The notes under the pieces were generated by a model. That model had not been told where the DNA came from. It was given only the letters and a program-made list of their open reading frames with translations, and ran no database searches. 64,000 nucleotides of DNA, from contig JAYWIR010000066.1 of the NCBI GenBank assembly GCA_036172245.1, forward strand, positions 124,001 through 188,000. Reading direction: 5' to 3'. Shown here one piece after another: positions 1 through 13,300 of this stretch (the first letter of the stretch is position 1; the number at the start of each line of letters is the position of its first letter). The position numbers were made by a program, and so were the translations under genes. The DNA comes from Raillietiella orientalis (Eukaryota).

Positions 1-1183
1 GACCGTGCGCAAAGAAGCTGGACCTGTCTTAGACGCGCGCTGTGACCCCGACAGGCACCCTCCACAACCGGAGGACTTCCGGAACCAACCGCAGCATCCC
101 GTGGACAAGACACTTCCAATTCTCCCCCGAGGATATGAGTCCTTGTATTCCTCGCTTACTTCCGGGAAAAACTGGCGGGACAGGATCGAGTACGGTCAGG
201 CCAGCGCACAGCGGTGGACGTGGAGGGATACGCCTTCTCGTGGACCCTGATCCTTCGCAGTAGTTCGGTGAACTGCTCTATACTCTCATTCGGCTAGCAT
301 CCTGGTCGTTCGTTTGCAGGATGACGTCACCAACCCTCAGTCTGCCGTCGCGTGTTCGCCGGGCGGTCCTGGTGGACGGTGCTGACGAAGACGCGGCCGT
401 CCTTGTCCTGCCTCAGGCTGAAGCCGTACCACCGTTGCCGTCGAGGGTCACGTTCAGATACTCCGCGCAGGAGAAGCCCTCCTGGGAGCTCCGGAACTCC
501 GAGGGGAGCTCGATATTGACATTGGCGGAGGGGAGGAGGTGCCCGGAAGGATGGAAAACCTGGCGCCGCGCCACTTGAGGAAGTTGGCGCGTCGGCCGGG
601 GCGCCTGAGGCAGGCGCCCGCGGATACGGTGCCGCACAAGAGAGCGCTGCCGGAGAGGGTCGCGGACCTCCCTCCCAGGGAGAAGAGGAGGAAGGAACGC
701 TAGCGGAGGTGCCTTGCCGCCACAGGAGCGGAACACAACGGCCTCCGGACATCTCCTGCCCGACCCCAACGAGCGGCTCCTCGCCCTCGCCGCCGGAGGT
801 CATCCTGCAGGTGACACTAACGTATTCCTAGAAGCGGCGCCTCGGAAGGGCCGCAACCCTCCCGGAGAAGCGTCCGTGTGGGGGGCTCCTGGGCGCTCCC
901 GGCGGGGGTGTAGGAAGCAGCACAGTCCCATGGCCGGCGGACAGCACGTCCGTCCGTCCACTCGCAGGCGCAGGGAGGAAGGGTAGGATGAAGATGAGCG
1001 GGGGCCTTTCGGACGGCGGGGGGAGGTGGGAGGGTCACGGGATAAGAACGAGCGCGCGCGCCTGAGGCCTCTTCCAGGTGTGCCGCCGTACGAGGCTTCT
1101 CGGCAATGCCGGGAGAATACGAGTCAAGAGAGTGGGTAGGTAAGGGGGGGGAGGGCGGTGAGGGACAGTGCGCGAGCAATTAC

Positions 1184-1387
1184 CATGTGCAGTCCGTACA
1201 AGACCTTGGCGATGCTCATGATGCTCTCCACCAGCGCTTCCAGCTGAGGCTGAGGAGAACTCATCTTGCGCCCTCCCAGCTGGGCGTACAGCTCGTGCTG
1301 CCAGCACTTGGGGTCGGAAGGGTCGAATTTTTCGGGAAGGCAGAAGTAGGTCCGGATGTGCTCCGCGATCTCCGGCTCTTTCACTTT
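1184..1387 (-). CDS. RyR: RyR exon w46 (LPEKFDPSD...[10 protein letters not shown]...AKVLYGLHM)
   Basis: CAG/GTAA. Confidence 0.93.
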
Positions 1388-4300
1388 CTGGAAAGACAAA
1401 TGGGGAAATCGCCGTCTCGAATCTCCCCTTCTCCCTGGTCACTCGCGCCTTTGTCTGCGTGGCGACCGGGCATCCGCGCTCAGCACGGCGCGGATCCGCC
1501 ACTGGAGCTACGCGGTTGGCGCTGAGTGCAGTTCGCCTCTCCCGGGAGACCAGCAGCATCTTGAAGAGGCGCGCGTTTCTTTCGCCAAAATTGCGAGACG
1601 CCAGGAAGCCTCTGGTTCCTCAGGAAGCAGAGGCGGTCCAGAACCTTCCCCTGTACCGCCATCCTTACTGAGGCGTCGCGGGTCTTCGAACGGAGGAGGC
1701 ATAGAATAGGGAGCAGCAATCCGGAAACCCTATCTTCATTTAAAACGTAGCAGGGAGAGGCGTGCTTCAAGCAACGCCCATGTGGAACGCCTGTGGGCAA
1801 CTTTCCCACGAGGGCCAGCCGCAGCATCTGTCGCGAGAGCAGAGCCCGCAAGTTCGAAGGCGTGGACCGCAAGAGAGAAAAAGAAAAATGGGCAGATCAA
1901 CGGTCCTACTGACCGGCGTCCCCCCGCTGCCGTCTCCCGGAACCGAACAGGGTTGCTGGGTGAGGACTCAAGGAAACGGTGATGGGATCCATCTCGTTTC
2001 TTTGAGTGACTGCGTCCCGAAAATGATCCCCGAAATCTCTCCATACGGGAGTCTGTCTTCTTTCATCCCCGGGAAGCAGCCAGCTGCTGGTTCTTGTGCA
2101 GAACCTGGACCTAAACGTTCGAGGGCAAAAAAGGAGGAACGTCTGCGGGAGTCCTCTCGTCGCGAAGAGATGGCGCAAGAACAGTTGCGACGGCCGTCTG
2201 CGCAGACCCGAATGAGGATTAATAACAACAAAAAAAAGCACTGCAGCATCCGAAATCATCCACCTAACCAGTCCATGAGAACCACCAGGCAAATTCTGGT
2301 CCCACATCGCAGCTTCCTCTTTCGAACGCGCGCGGTGCCTTTTCGCAGAAAAGGGATGGAGCTGGAAGAATGAGGATGGACTTTCTGCCGTTGAAACGAA
2401 CCAGGGATTCCCCCGCTCCCTTCCCGATTCCTGGCCCTGCGTTCGCCTTTGGCAAGAACGCGCCCCATCCCTTCCTTGGCACCCACCCACCCACCCACTC
2501 CCGAGACCTTCCGTTCGAGCCCGGGAGATCGTCGGAACTTCGTACCTTCATGAATTTTTCTTTGCAATGCTGGATGAGCTCCTGCTCCCTCCCGGCGAAC
2601 AGGTTCAGTCCGATGGGCAGGAGTCTCTTCAGACACGCCACCAGCAAGCTCCCTGCCTTGTCCCTTTCGTTGTTCCTCATGGAGAACAGTCCTCGCTTGT
2701 CCTTCTGGAACGAGGTTGCAAGGAGGAAATCGCCACGGTGCGGGGTCAGGGCGCAGCCGCGACACGCGCCCTTCCGCGTGTCGCCGGACGCTCGGGGCCG
2801 GCCATTTTTCCACAGCTGGAAGACGCGAAGCCGTTCGCGAGGGGCGCGAGCGGCGGCTCTCCAGCACTCCCCAATTTAACCAAAAGCGGGATGCAAATGG
2901 ACTTGTTCCTCAATTCGCGAGAATCCAAACCTTCGGGTCCTCCTCAGGGAGCGGCGACCAAGGTGTCCGGGTCGCTCGGGGGGGGGTGCATCCGTTGTAT
3001 GCGTTTCGGGGCTCTTCCACGCTTCAGTGTCGCTGGGGTCGCGATGGCTCATTGTAACGGCCACATGGGGATCGCAAGAGCAGTGAAGCAGAGTTGCATA
3101 TTTCGCGGCCAACAGCACAAGTTGCAGGTCAGAGTGACTGCTGTCTACTTGCGGGGTGGACAAGCGTTTCATGGCCTGCGGCCTTGGCTGCGCGCGTGAA
3201 TCAGCAATGGGGCGTGCCGGTTCCGTCCGTTACGTCACTCTCGCACCAGCCAGAACGATCCGAGCCCTCGGGTGGACGTAGCCGTGGCTGAGAGCCTTTC
3301 GGGAAGATTCCGGAAGGTTCTCCGAGACGAGCGTGCTGCTTCCCGCACACGTGGCGCACGCGGGCCCGGGCAGGAAGAGACGCGCGCCAGGTGACGCCCC
3401 TACGTGTGCATGTGCATGCTCTTTCTTTCCTGTCAGCTGACCGTTTCGGAGGGAGGGAGGGTGGCACGGTGGTGGCGCGCGCCGCGTGTTGCCGAGGTGA
3501 TGGCTGCAGTGGCAAGCAGGTGTCGTGCTGGAAGTTCGGTCTGGCTGAACGGAATGCGTGGAACCGCGCCCACGAAAGCGGAATCACCCTTCCCCTTGAC
3601 CTATCCTTCGGTTATTTTTGTCGTTGACTGGGTTCGCTTCGAAAGGACGCAGGACGGGGAAGGGTCATGTGGGCATTACGGCTCTTTTAGAGGCGGGGTG
3701 TTGGAAGGGGAGGAGTTGCCCGCACCGCGTGCTCGCTATCGTGTGAGTCGCGTGGGGTCCATCCGAGAGGCAGGAGGAAGAACGCTTCGCTCTTGGTCTT
3801 GGAAACGGCAGCGAGTGGAAGGAATGTCTTCCACGATGGTGCGCAAACCACCATGAGTCGCGACGCTGCCAAGAAGAGCTGCGCCTGCCATGGAACCGCG
3901 ATCCCGCCTTTTCTCCTCTCCGGATGACCGGGATGCGTATTTGAAGGAGATTTCTACCTCAGAATCCGTGCACATGCTTGCGTCGGAAGTCGGCATTATG
4001 AAGGTCATGTTGTTGATGCTGTTGGCGCTGATGAAGTTCTGTTCCTCTTTCTGGAAGTACTGAAAGAGAGGAGAAAAAAGAATGAGACCGTGGTTGCCAC
4101 CCACCGGGTGAGGTGCGCAGACAGGCTCGAGCATTCTCTCTGCTTCGTAAGGGAACTTCAAGGAGGAGCTCCATTTTGAGAAGCGAATTTTCGCGGTGCT
4201 GCTCATTATGGACCTGCTTTGGATGCGCGGAGTTTTTAGCAGTTTTCTCATTTTCTGTGGCTATCTCCAGTTCTTGGAAAGGACCGCTCTTAGATTTCGG

Positions 4301-7300
4301 ACGACCCTACATGCTTTCAGCAGTGTCTTTAACCAGGTCATATTACGCTCCGTGATGCGGATGGATTTTCTGCAGGTCACGGTGGCAGATGAAAGCCCGT
4401 GAGCTGCAGATCTATCCTTCCAGCGGCGCAGTTTCGGGAATAAACGCCCGCGTTTGCCGATTCTTCAAGCTTTTTGGGTGTTTTCGAACGAGTCGGCAAG
4501 CTGCGCAGTCCCTGTGGCTGGCCGTGCCCGGACCCCAGTCGTTTCGAGAGATTTAAGAGGGTACGCTTGAAAAAAATAAAATAAAATAGAATAAAGAAAT
4601 TAACAGCAAAAAACAAAAAGAATAGAACGAAAAAAACGCAGCCATCGAAAAGGAAGGGAAATCCACACTTCCTAAAAAAAAGAAAAAAAAAAAAAAAAAA
4701 AAACGTTCCACCGATGAGCATCTCGTCAAAGACGCAATCTTTTGTCTGCAGGATCTCTTAGGAGTTCGACGCTTTTTTTTGAGAGTCCCATCCAACGGGG
4801 TCCTGCAGGACAGCGCTGACTCCTCCAAAGCGTAACATTCCTCTCAACAGTTCTCCTTTGGAGTGTGTATGAGGTTTGTCTCAAAAAAAAAATATTATTC
4901 TATCAAGAACTGGATTGAAAAGTATTAGCTGGGTGGAATGATTGTTTGTCATCAACATGATGGTTGCTGATGCTTTTTTTTTCTTGGATTGGCTTTTTTG
5001 GATGTCTGCTCCCTGGACTGGTTGCTTTTTGTGTTGCTTGCTTTCGCCGAAGGGGAAACGGCTTTTCGGCATTCACTGGGAATGCACAATTCACGCAGCG
5101 GGAGAAGATCCGCGAACGGAGGTGCTACTCTCGAGGACTGCAGAGACAGGGTGGACCGAGTGGGTGGACGAACACTTTGATGTTTTTTTCTTGTACTGCA
5201 CTCAGATTCCAATGTGCAAAGACCCTACTGCGGCCGTGCACCGCTCCTTGGAAAAATTCTTGAATCCCAAGATGCACTTCCTCTTGCCTTGGAGCATGTC
5301 TTCTCATGGGAAGCGAGACATGCCAGTTCTCTTCCTCCGTTTTGCAGAGGGAGCCTGATGGACTGCGAAGACGGCGCGAAGATCCTCTGATAGCCGGAAA
5401 CAGCAAAAATGATAAAGTGGGGAACCATGGATGATTCGACGGAAGACTTGACAGGTGACGAGTGAGCACGGACAAGGAAGCAAATGGTTCCGGAGGTTGG
5501 CACCATGTGACATGGACGACATTAGTCCCGAGATGAGTGTTGCGAGTGGTCCGGAGGCTCTGCGAAGCAGAGAAAGACAGAAGGCTGAAAATCAGGCTCT
5601 GGATTTCATGCCAGAGCTACAGTGGTCATTCAATAGCACTCTGTTCGGTGAAGGGTTCCCAGGAAAACACGGAAGTGTGCATTTGAAGTGAGCAAAGGAT
5701 TCTTCTTGCTTTCTTGCTCCGCAAATTCAGATTTCGCTCTTATGCAGTGGTGGTGCTTCCGTGCAGCGTCACCGGAGGGTGCTCATTCTCAAGCGAAATC
5801 ACCACGCAGCAAGCCGATGCAGCGGAACGAGAGCAGCTGCCAGCCGTCGCCTGGGAGCTGTTCCGAGGTGATACATCTTGAAAGACTGGGATTCACCAAC
5901 GCCAGGCAGTCGCAGTCGCTTGCTTCTTCCGTGTTCAGATCTCTCCGGCTAGGCGTCAGGGAAAGGCAGATGGCGTCACGAGAGAGAGGTCACCGAAATG
6001 TTGTCGCCTGGCTCCTCAGATGGACAGCTCAACTCGCGATATACGTCAGAGAACACCGGACGGGGACCGAACGGAACTACGACAGAGTGGTGATAGAAGC
6101 AGCACCTGTGTGGCCGTGACGGAGTCAGAGCGCAGCATCCGGAGTCGCGGAGGATCGAAGCCGAATCGGAACGCGTCGCAGGTTTCGAGTCCGTCGGCGA
6201 GGTGACGCTGGGATGGTCCCAGACTTCGGGTTTGCATCGGCAGGGTGCGCTCGCGTTTGCGGCCGATGCTCGGCTGACTATTAGCCGGGAATTGGGAGTG
6301 GGCATCCTTAGCATCCCAATCTCCCTTCTTCACTCCCTTCTTCATGGGAGAGTGACGATGGAAGAGTCTCGTCAACCCTCCATGTGGCGACCTCTCTGAT
6401 GCTCCTTTAGGGTAAAGTAACGGTTCTTGAGTACTTAGCGGACCAAAAAAAAAAGGAATTCGAAACAGCAAGAGCAACTACAAAAGAGGGTGGAGGGAGG
6501 TTGAAGAGACATTCGGGCTCCAACACTTCTGGTCTTATGGAGTCACTTGAGTCGTTGCGGTTGGGTCATAGGTCGACCCTATGACCTCCTGAGTAGCTGG
6601 GCACACGGCCTTCAGAGCTCTGTGAATGTAAGAATGCAAATACATGCCCGTATGAGGCGTACAAGGAGCGTTGTACAAAACAGTACAAACGCGTTTTGTG
6701 AATCAGTGCGATGGTTTTCGGACAACGTAGAGAGGGGTAGAGGTTTGTTTCTTGCTGGCAAGAGGTCGCTGCCTGCATCTTTAGCGTGAGGGTACACACA
6801 GCACGCATGTCGGGATGGCGAGAAGCACCGCTGTGACGGCCTGAAGGCTTCACGACCAAGGATTTGGGACGGCCCGGCGCGAATGACTCCAAGGTGTTGA
6901 TGAGGTGACGCAACACGGAGACAGTGTGACGCGGAACACGAGGCATCGCCGAATGAGCTGCAGAGAGTGACGTAACACACGAGGCAGCATCTCGCCCCGA
7001 ACTTCACATCTGCGGGGGTGGGGGCTGTGGCCTCGTTTGAGACGTGCAGTCCCCCTGGAAGGGAGGACGTCTTCGAGCTGGGCAGCAAGGATGGCCGTGG
7101 AACCTGATGTGCTCCTCCCACGAACTGAGGTCAAGCGACTGGAGCTGCCGGCATCGAACGCATGACGTGGCCTTTTCCCCGGCCCCTGCGATTTTCTGGC
7201 AGGGAACTCCATCGACTGCGCTGGGAATTACGTCATCCAGGATCCAAGGCTTCGGGGGCATCCAAGCGGGGCTTAGCCGAGATTGCAGAAACCCTCGGTG

Positions 7301-10300
7301 CCGAGCAAAGGTTTGCGGGTTCGAATCCCGCCGGTTACTTTGTGAAGCACAGCCTCCGTCTCACCACAGGAGCACACCCTCCACTCTTGAACACCCCACT
7401 CTCTTGCAACAACAACGGAGAAGCTGGAGGCAGCTGTGGGAAATCCGAGCATTTTCCGATACAAGAGCGGGTGCTATTGATAAATCACTGATGTCGTTTT
7501 ATCCCAGGACATTCTTCAACGCATCCGGCAGAATCATCTCTCAGGACAGCGTCCGGAAAAAACCATACGAGCTTCCGTACACCTCCTGGGGCGAGCTAAG
7601 AGCGCTCGAGATTGCAAATCGTGCGGGAAGGAAAGGAAAAAGTTCATCATCGATCGACAGCGGGGAATGAATGGTGTGTGTTGCTGGGTTTTCGCATTCA
7701 CTTCCGCCGCCGAATCTCATGGCACCGCCCTGGGCGCGCCTTGCACATGTAGCGCGCCACCAACTCGACCGAGTAGAAGGCGCATCATTAGCGTCGCGGT
7801 CGTTTCGTTCTTTCAACGAACGAAGTCGGTGGACATCTCCGAATTCGTTCCCCCCCCCCCTTCCTATCGGATCCAGGGAGGTTGAAAGCAGCCGTTCCCG
7901 AGTTCACAGTCTTTCTGAAAAGGGGTGGACTCACGTGAGAATTCAGCCAGATATTGAAGATGTCTGCCACGTTGTGGTACAGTTCTGAGGCTTCCGAGAT
8001 GCTTTCCTTCAGCCAAACCGATCTTTGTATGTCGACGTTCTTTATCAGCAGAGGATAGAAGGCATAGATGTCTCTCACGAGCACGTGCCACTCCTCTTGA
8101 ATTTCCGCCTCGGCCTGGAAGGAGAGGGAAAGGGGTGGTTGCACGTGCGTGGGTTGACTGGTGGCTCACCTGAGACGTGTCCTCGTGCATGGACTTGAGC
8201 AGGTTCTTCAAGTTCTCCTCTTTGTGGAACACATGCTCGGTTATCTGCTTCACCTTCTTGGTCAGCGGTAGGTACGAGTCCTTCAGTAGGTTTTCGGAGG
8301 AGTTGATGATGATTCTCTGGGTGTACTCTGGAAAGAGGACGAGAGGAAAAAACTGACTAAGAGAGAGTGCGAAAGCGCTCACTGGCTATTTTGTTCATCC
8401 AGGGCGCGTTCTTCTCACCGATGTTCTTCTTGATCAGGTTCAGCACGTCCTTGAGTACGTGGTTGAGGTGCTCGCTGTTCACCAGCGTGATTTGGCTCCT
8501 GAAAAACAAGGACACTTCCGATCGACCTATGGTCCTTCGCGTCACGCGCATCCTTTCTAAGAGAGCGCAAGTGGCCTTGCGCGGTGTGGTGCGAGGAGGC
8601 GGATGAGCGGAGATGACCTTCCTTACTCATACTCTAGCCAGGGGGGAGCGCTGCCGTCAGCGTGGAGCTCCGATCGCCCCTTGATGTGGTAAAGAAAAGA
8701 ACGCGATCGAGGGAGGCGGGAACGGGTGGAAGGTGGTGAACATCTCTGGTTGCATCGCCGCTCCTCCTTATTTCCCGGAGATGCCTACGAGCAGCCGGCG
8801 GCCAAGTGTGGATCCCGAGGGGTCGCTCGGAGGCTACGGAATGAGGTGGGAATGCAATGATGTGTGTGGGGGTGGCAGGGACCATCCGAGGAGTCTGCTT
8901 TTGTCGGCAATCCTCCAGGTGCTTCCCCTGGTGCTCGCACATCTCTGATTTGATTATTTATGGGCTAAGAAGTTTTCTCGGGGCGTGGAGCCGTGAAGGC
9001 TTCTATTGAAGACACCCAGCCGCGGGCAAGGATGAGATGAAAGTTCAGTACGCCGAGTTCCGATTTATCGGTGCACTTTTAAATCGAAAGAGGCTTTCAT
9101 GGTAAAATTATTCGGGAGTGTGGGCTGAACACCGCAGCCACCGGGTGCGCAGCGCTCCCCAGCCTGGCTAGAGACAAGCCGCAGCTTCTTGGATCTAGCG
9201 GAAGGTGTACCTCAGCGAAAGGGTGGAGGGTGCCGCTGAGTCAAGAAAGCCGTGGGTTTGGTTGGGTCCGTTGCGCATGTGAGGTTGTTGGCGACAAATC
9301 GGTTGCTCAGCAGAGGAGCGCACTGTTGAAAGAGGGATGGCTGCTGGGGATGGCGCGACGGGTGCGGGCGTCTTCTTGCAGATTCCTTGTCTTTTTTTTT
9401 TTTTTTTGAGCAAGGACGAATGGAAATGCACGCACGAGATGCGTGCGTTGATGTTGGAAACTTCGGAGTGAACAGGCCGTCCCAGGTGAAAGTGCTGAGA
9501 ACGGGAGGAGAAGGAACACGCAAGAAGACGAGTGCCTTGTGATTAAGGGACGTGGGAATCCGGAAGTCTTCTTTCCCTTCAGACGCTTCGTGTCTCACTC
9601 GAGGCACGAAGCGTCTGAAGGTGGTGGTTCCAGAGCTCGGGACGCCTACGATTTCGGTCCTGCGCCAATGTCGCCGAAAACTCATCTCCCTCTCATTCCC
9701 ACCCGGAAGGAGCGACACCGGAAGTCCTCTTGCAGAGCCACGTTGCAGGAGCCAACACACGCGAGTGTTTGCAAAGGGGAACGAATCCGGAGGACTGGGA
9801 ACGCGCTGCAGCCACGCGATAGCTAAGAAGCATCCCTTCCTGCGAGCGCTCACGTAGCAGACGGAACAGAAAGACCGCGAAATGCGAAAGCGGAAAGTCG
9901 CCCTAAGAATCGGTGCAGATGAGACCTCGGGCTTGGAGGGAGGAGGAAGGTTGATTCCACGATCGAATCTCAATACCGGTTACGGATTTTCACTGTACCA
10001 CGTGCTGGTCACCTGGTCTCACTTGACCCCCCTTTGAGTGCTATGGACGCACATTTGCGTTCGGCGGAAACGACCAGCGTGCGCAATGGACCATCCGTGT
10101 CTTTACTCTTTCCCAGCGACGTGAGTTAAAACGCTATCCGCGTTTGAGATGGACGCATACGCTTACGTTCTCATCATTCCCTTAGCAACGGCAGTAAGCA
10201 AAATTCTATTCATGTCGGCTACCTATCGCCCATTTTTCTCGGTGTCGCATAGAATTCACTGTATTGTGTTTTCTCTTTGTGATATCGTCGAAATGTCGAA

Positions 10301-13300
10301 CAATTTTAAAGGGATTATTACGAGAGGCGGCAGTGAAATGGATGGAGAGTCGGATTCCTATGAAGAATATGACGGTGAAACTGATATGCCTATCCTTACG
10401 TTCTTCCTCGTCATCTGATTCTGACGATGTGAAAAGCGTTATAGACAATAGAATAGCCAAATACAGATACAAAAATAAAAAAAAAAGTGCCCAGAGTACT
10501 GGGTACATCTACGGAAGGAAAGTCTTCAGTTCAAAGTGTTCAGAGGAAATGGGCACTTCCCAGAAGAAAATGCATCGCACGCGAAAAACATAAGAAAGGG
10601 AGTGGCAGAGAATGCGGAAAATGCGACTTCGGATTATGCGTTGCTCTTTCTTTCCAGGTGAATATCGATTTATCCAAAACCAAATTGAGAATGGGTCGTT
10701 AATGAATTATTGATTTATTAGAATTAGAATTTTTACATAAATGATATATGCTTGGGAAAGATGAAAATATTTTATTTGATGTGGCGTAAATAAACAATTA
10801 CAACAGTAATTTTAATTAGCACTTTATAAAGTGAATTGGTACCTCGATAGGGTACGCGGTACGCGAAAAAGCATTCCGCCCAACTGCGACGCGCGTGCCA
10901 TCAGCAAGGAACGTTCCAATCTGATGAGCTCCGAACCCAAAGGGTAAAGATTGTGTGCACCATCTAGAAGGAAATACGTGAGATCGTCACGAATTTCACA
11001 AGAAGCAGAATCATCCGGGAAGTTGGTTGAAGTTGAAATGGTGATTGGACCACTTCAGTGGGGCAGCAGCTCTGGAGTGGTTCAATCCAGTCAAAGAGAG
11101 GCCGGATGCATGAGGAAGGACCGTGCAATAGACAGCAAGCTAGAGAGCACATAGGTCATCGTGAGCAGGGGCCACAGATGGTTATGCGCGTCTTTATCTG
11201 GACGGCGAATATTTGGCTGATAGCTCAGCTGCAAGAGGTGTTCTCGTTTGAGAAACAGAAATGAAATTGCAGTTGCATGCCGAGGCCAATCAGACCGCTG
11301 CAAGCTGGATGAGGATTTTGGACGAGGGAAATGATCAGCGCCAATATACGGAGGGTAGTGAAATGAAAGAATCAGTCATTGGAAGTCATTTACGAAGGAC
11401 GTCTCTGTAACCACATGCCCGCGTTGGCGACTGGACGACTGAAGTCACCGGGCGCGTGGTGCCAGGCGTCGCGAGTTTCGAATCCCCCCTCCCCCCCTGC
11501 AAGATGACGCTGGTTCGGATGCAGCACTGATGGAAGCCAGAAAATCCCGGATGCCCCCGTCGACTGACCGGGATTGGAAGTCGATCCTCCGGGGTTCTTC
11601 CAGGACATCAAGCAGTCTTTAGGGGTTCCTCTCCAGTTGTGAAAAGGAAGCGGCCCTGTACCAACGTTGCTGAAGCATGCATTCCGCAGAACTAGTCGAT
11701 ACCCTCCTTGGGAGGGTGGTTGCCTCTCCAGAGTGTAAGAGGGAAGCGCACTGCTCTCCTCGAGGAGGGCCTTTCAGCGAAATTTCGGAAGCGTACCTTC
11801 GGGGTTCTCTTCAGAGGAGGAAACCAGGAGAGATTATCTTGAGGGTTCCTTCCGGAGAAAAAATTCCATGAGTGAATCCTTTCCGAAGAAATTAGGAGCG
11901 CTTCCTTCCTGGGGGTCCTTCCGGAGAGAATAAGGAAGAGGTGGCTTTCTTCGGGGTTCCCCTACCTAGAGTCAGAGGAAAGGACTCTTCCCTCCGGAGC
12001 CCTTCTTGAATTCATAGGGCTACCCTATGAATCCAAGAACCCTCGAAATACCCCCTAACTTGAAAAGTCACACGCAACCTCGGGTGGAGTGGACAGTACC
12101 AAAGAACTCCGAGAGTCCCTAGGCAACTGGGTGTTCAGCACTTGGGTGACGAACCAAAAAAAAAAGAAAAAAAAGAAAACCCGAAAAAAGAAGAAAACAA
12201 AGCTGGAAGGAAAACAGCGAAAGCAGGAGAACCCGGAAGGACTTCCACCACTTTTCTGGGTTCTTCTGTTTCGCCACCGTCACCCCCGTGGCAGTTTGCG
12301 CTTCAGTTCAGCAACTTTTCCGCGGAGGTCAGCTCGGCTGATGGTAAACGCCTAGGGAAACGCTGATCCAACTAGATGGGGATATCCAACCGAACCTTTT
12401 GAATGGATTACGCTCACTCACGGCCCTTCGGACCACCGCCTCAGGGGATCTTTGGGACTCCAGAACGGAGCACTACCTACCCCAACGCTACTCGTGGTTT
12501 CTACTTTGGAATTCGCTGCTGCTTCCCCATTGGCTTCCGCACGGGGCGCAAGGGAGCCTCCTGGTTTGGATTCTTGTGCCGAGCGGCAAGTCCTGACTTC
12601 GGGCTGTGACCCCCACTTCCCTGACGGCTTATTCAGAGTAAATGCGGGCAGACCGCGACCGGCGCTTCGGAACTGCAGCGCCCGATGAGGTCACTGTGGT
12701 GTTCTCGGAACGAGGGCGGCGCGGATCTCGCTGGACGGCGAGTGCGCAGGACCGCGTGCATTGCCGCGTGCCTGCCGGCGCACAAGAACACCCTCGCATG
12801 ACCTCAGCGAGGCAAAGTTCCCCAGTGACCTGCTCCCCTTCGAGTGCTTTCAGATGCAGAGCACCAGCCGCGGAAGCCGGCTGCTCGTCGTGCATTCATC
12901 GTGCAATTCATCGATCGAGTTTCGAATCCCAGCCGAACGGCCTTCGAGGATGCCGCGTTTCCTTGAACGCAAAAAATGGGGGGACGTCCACTTACTTTTC
13001 TCGAATGTCCATGTTAACCGAGTCCCTCGACCACCAAAATGATAGGTAAGAGCAGAGCATGGGCAGTAGCATGTCGATGACATGTGGTTTCTCGGAGTAC
13101 GTCGTCTCCGAAGCCGTGTACTTGGCGAGTTCTTGCATGATTTCGTCGAGGGTGGGCATGCTGGACTCCAAGGTCGTCATGAGTGCTGCGAGATGCCGGC
13201 TGCGGACTCCGTCCCTGCACGTGCGCATCGCTCCGTACCTCTCGCCTCGAGCGGATGGTCCTGCAGGTGATTGCAGATGGAGTACGGGTTGTTCTTATTC

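Noticed and set aside
1..1183. Next RyR exon (calmodulin-binding RAV..CFR segment)
   Set aside because: No frame shows the motif with splice sites, so it presumably lies beyond the window.
7262..7335. Functional tRNA gene
   Set aside because: It has a B box, but I could not fold a complete cloverleaf; more likely a SINE head.
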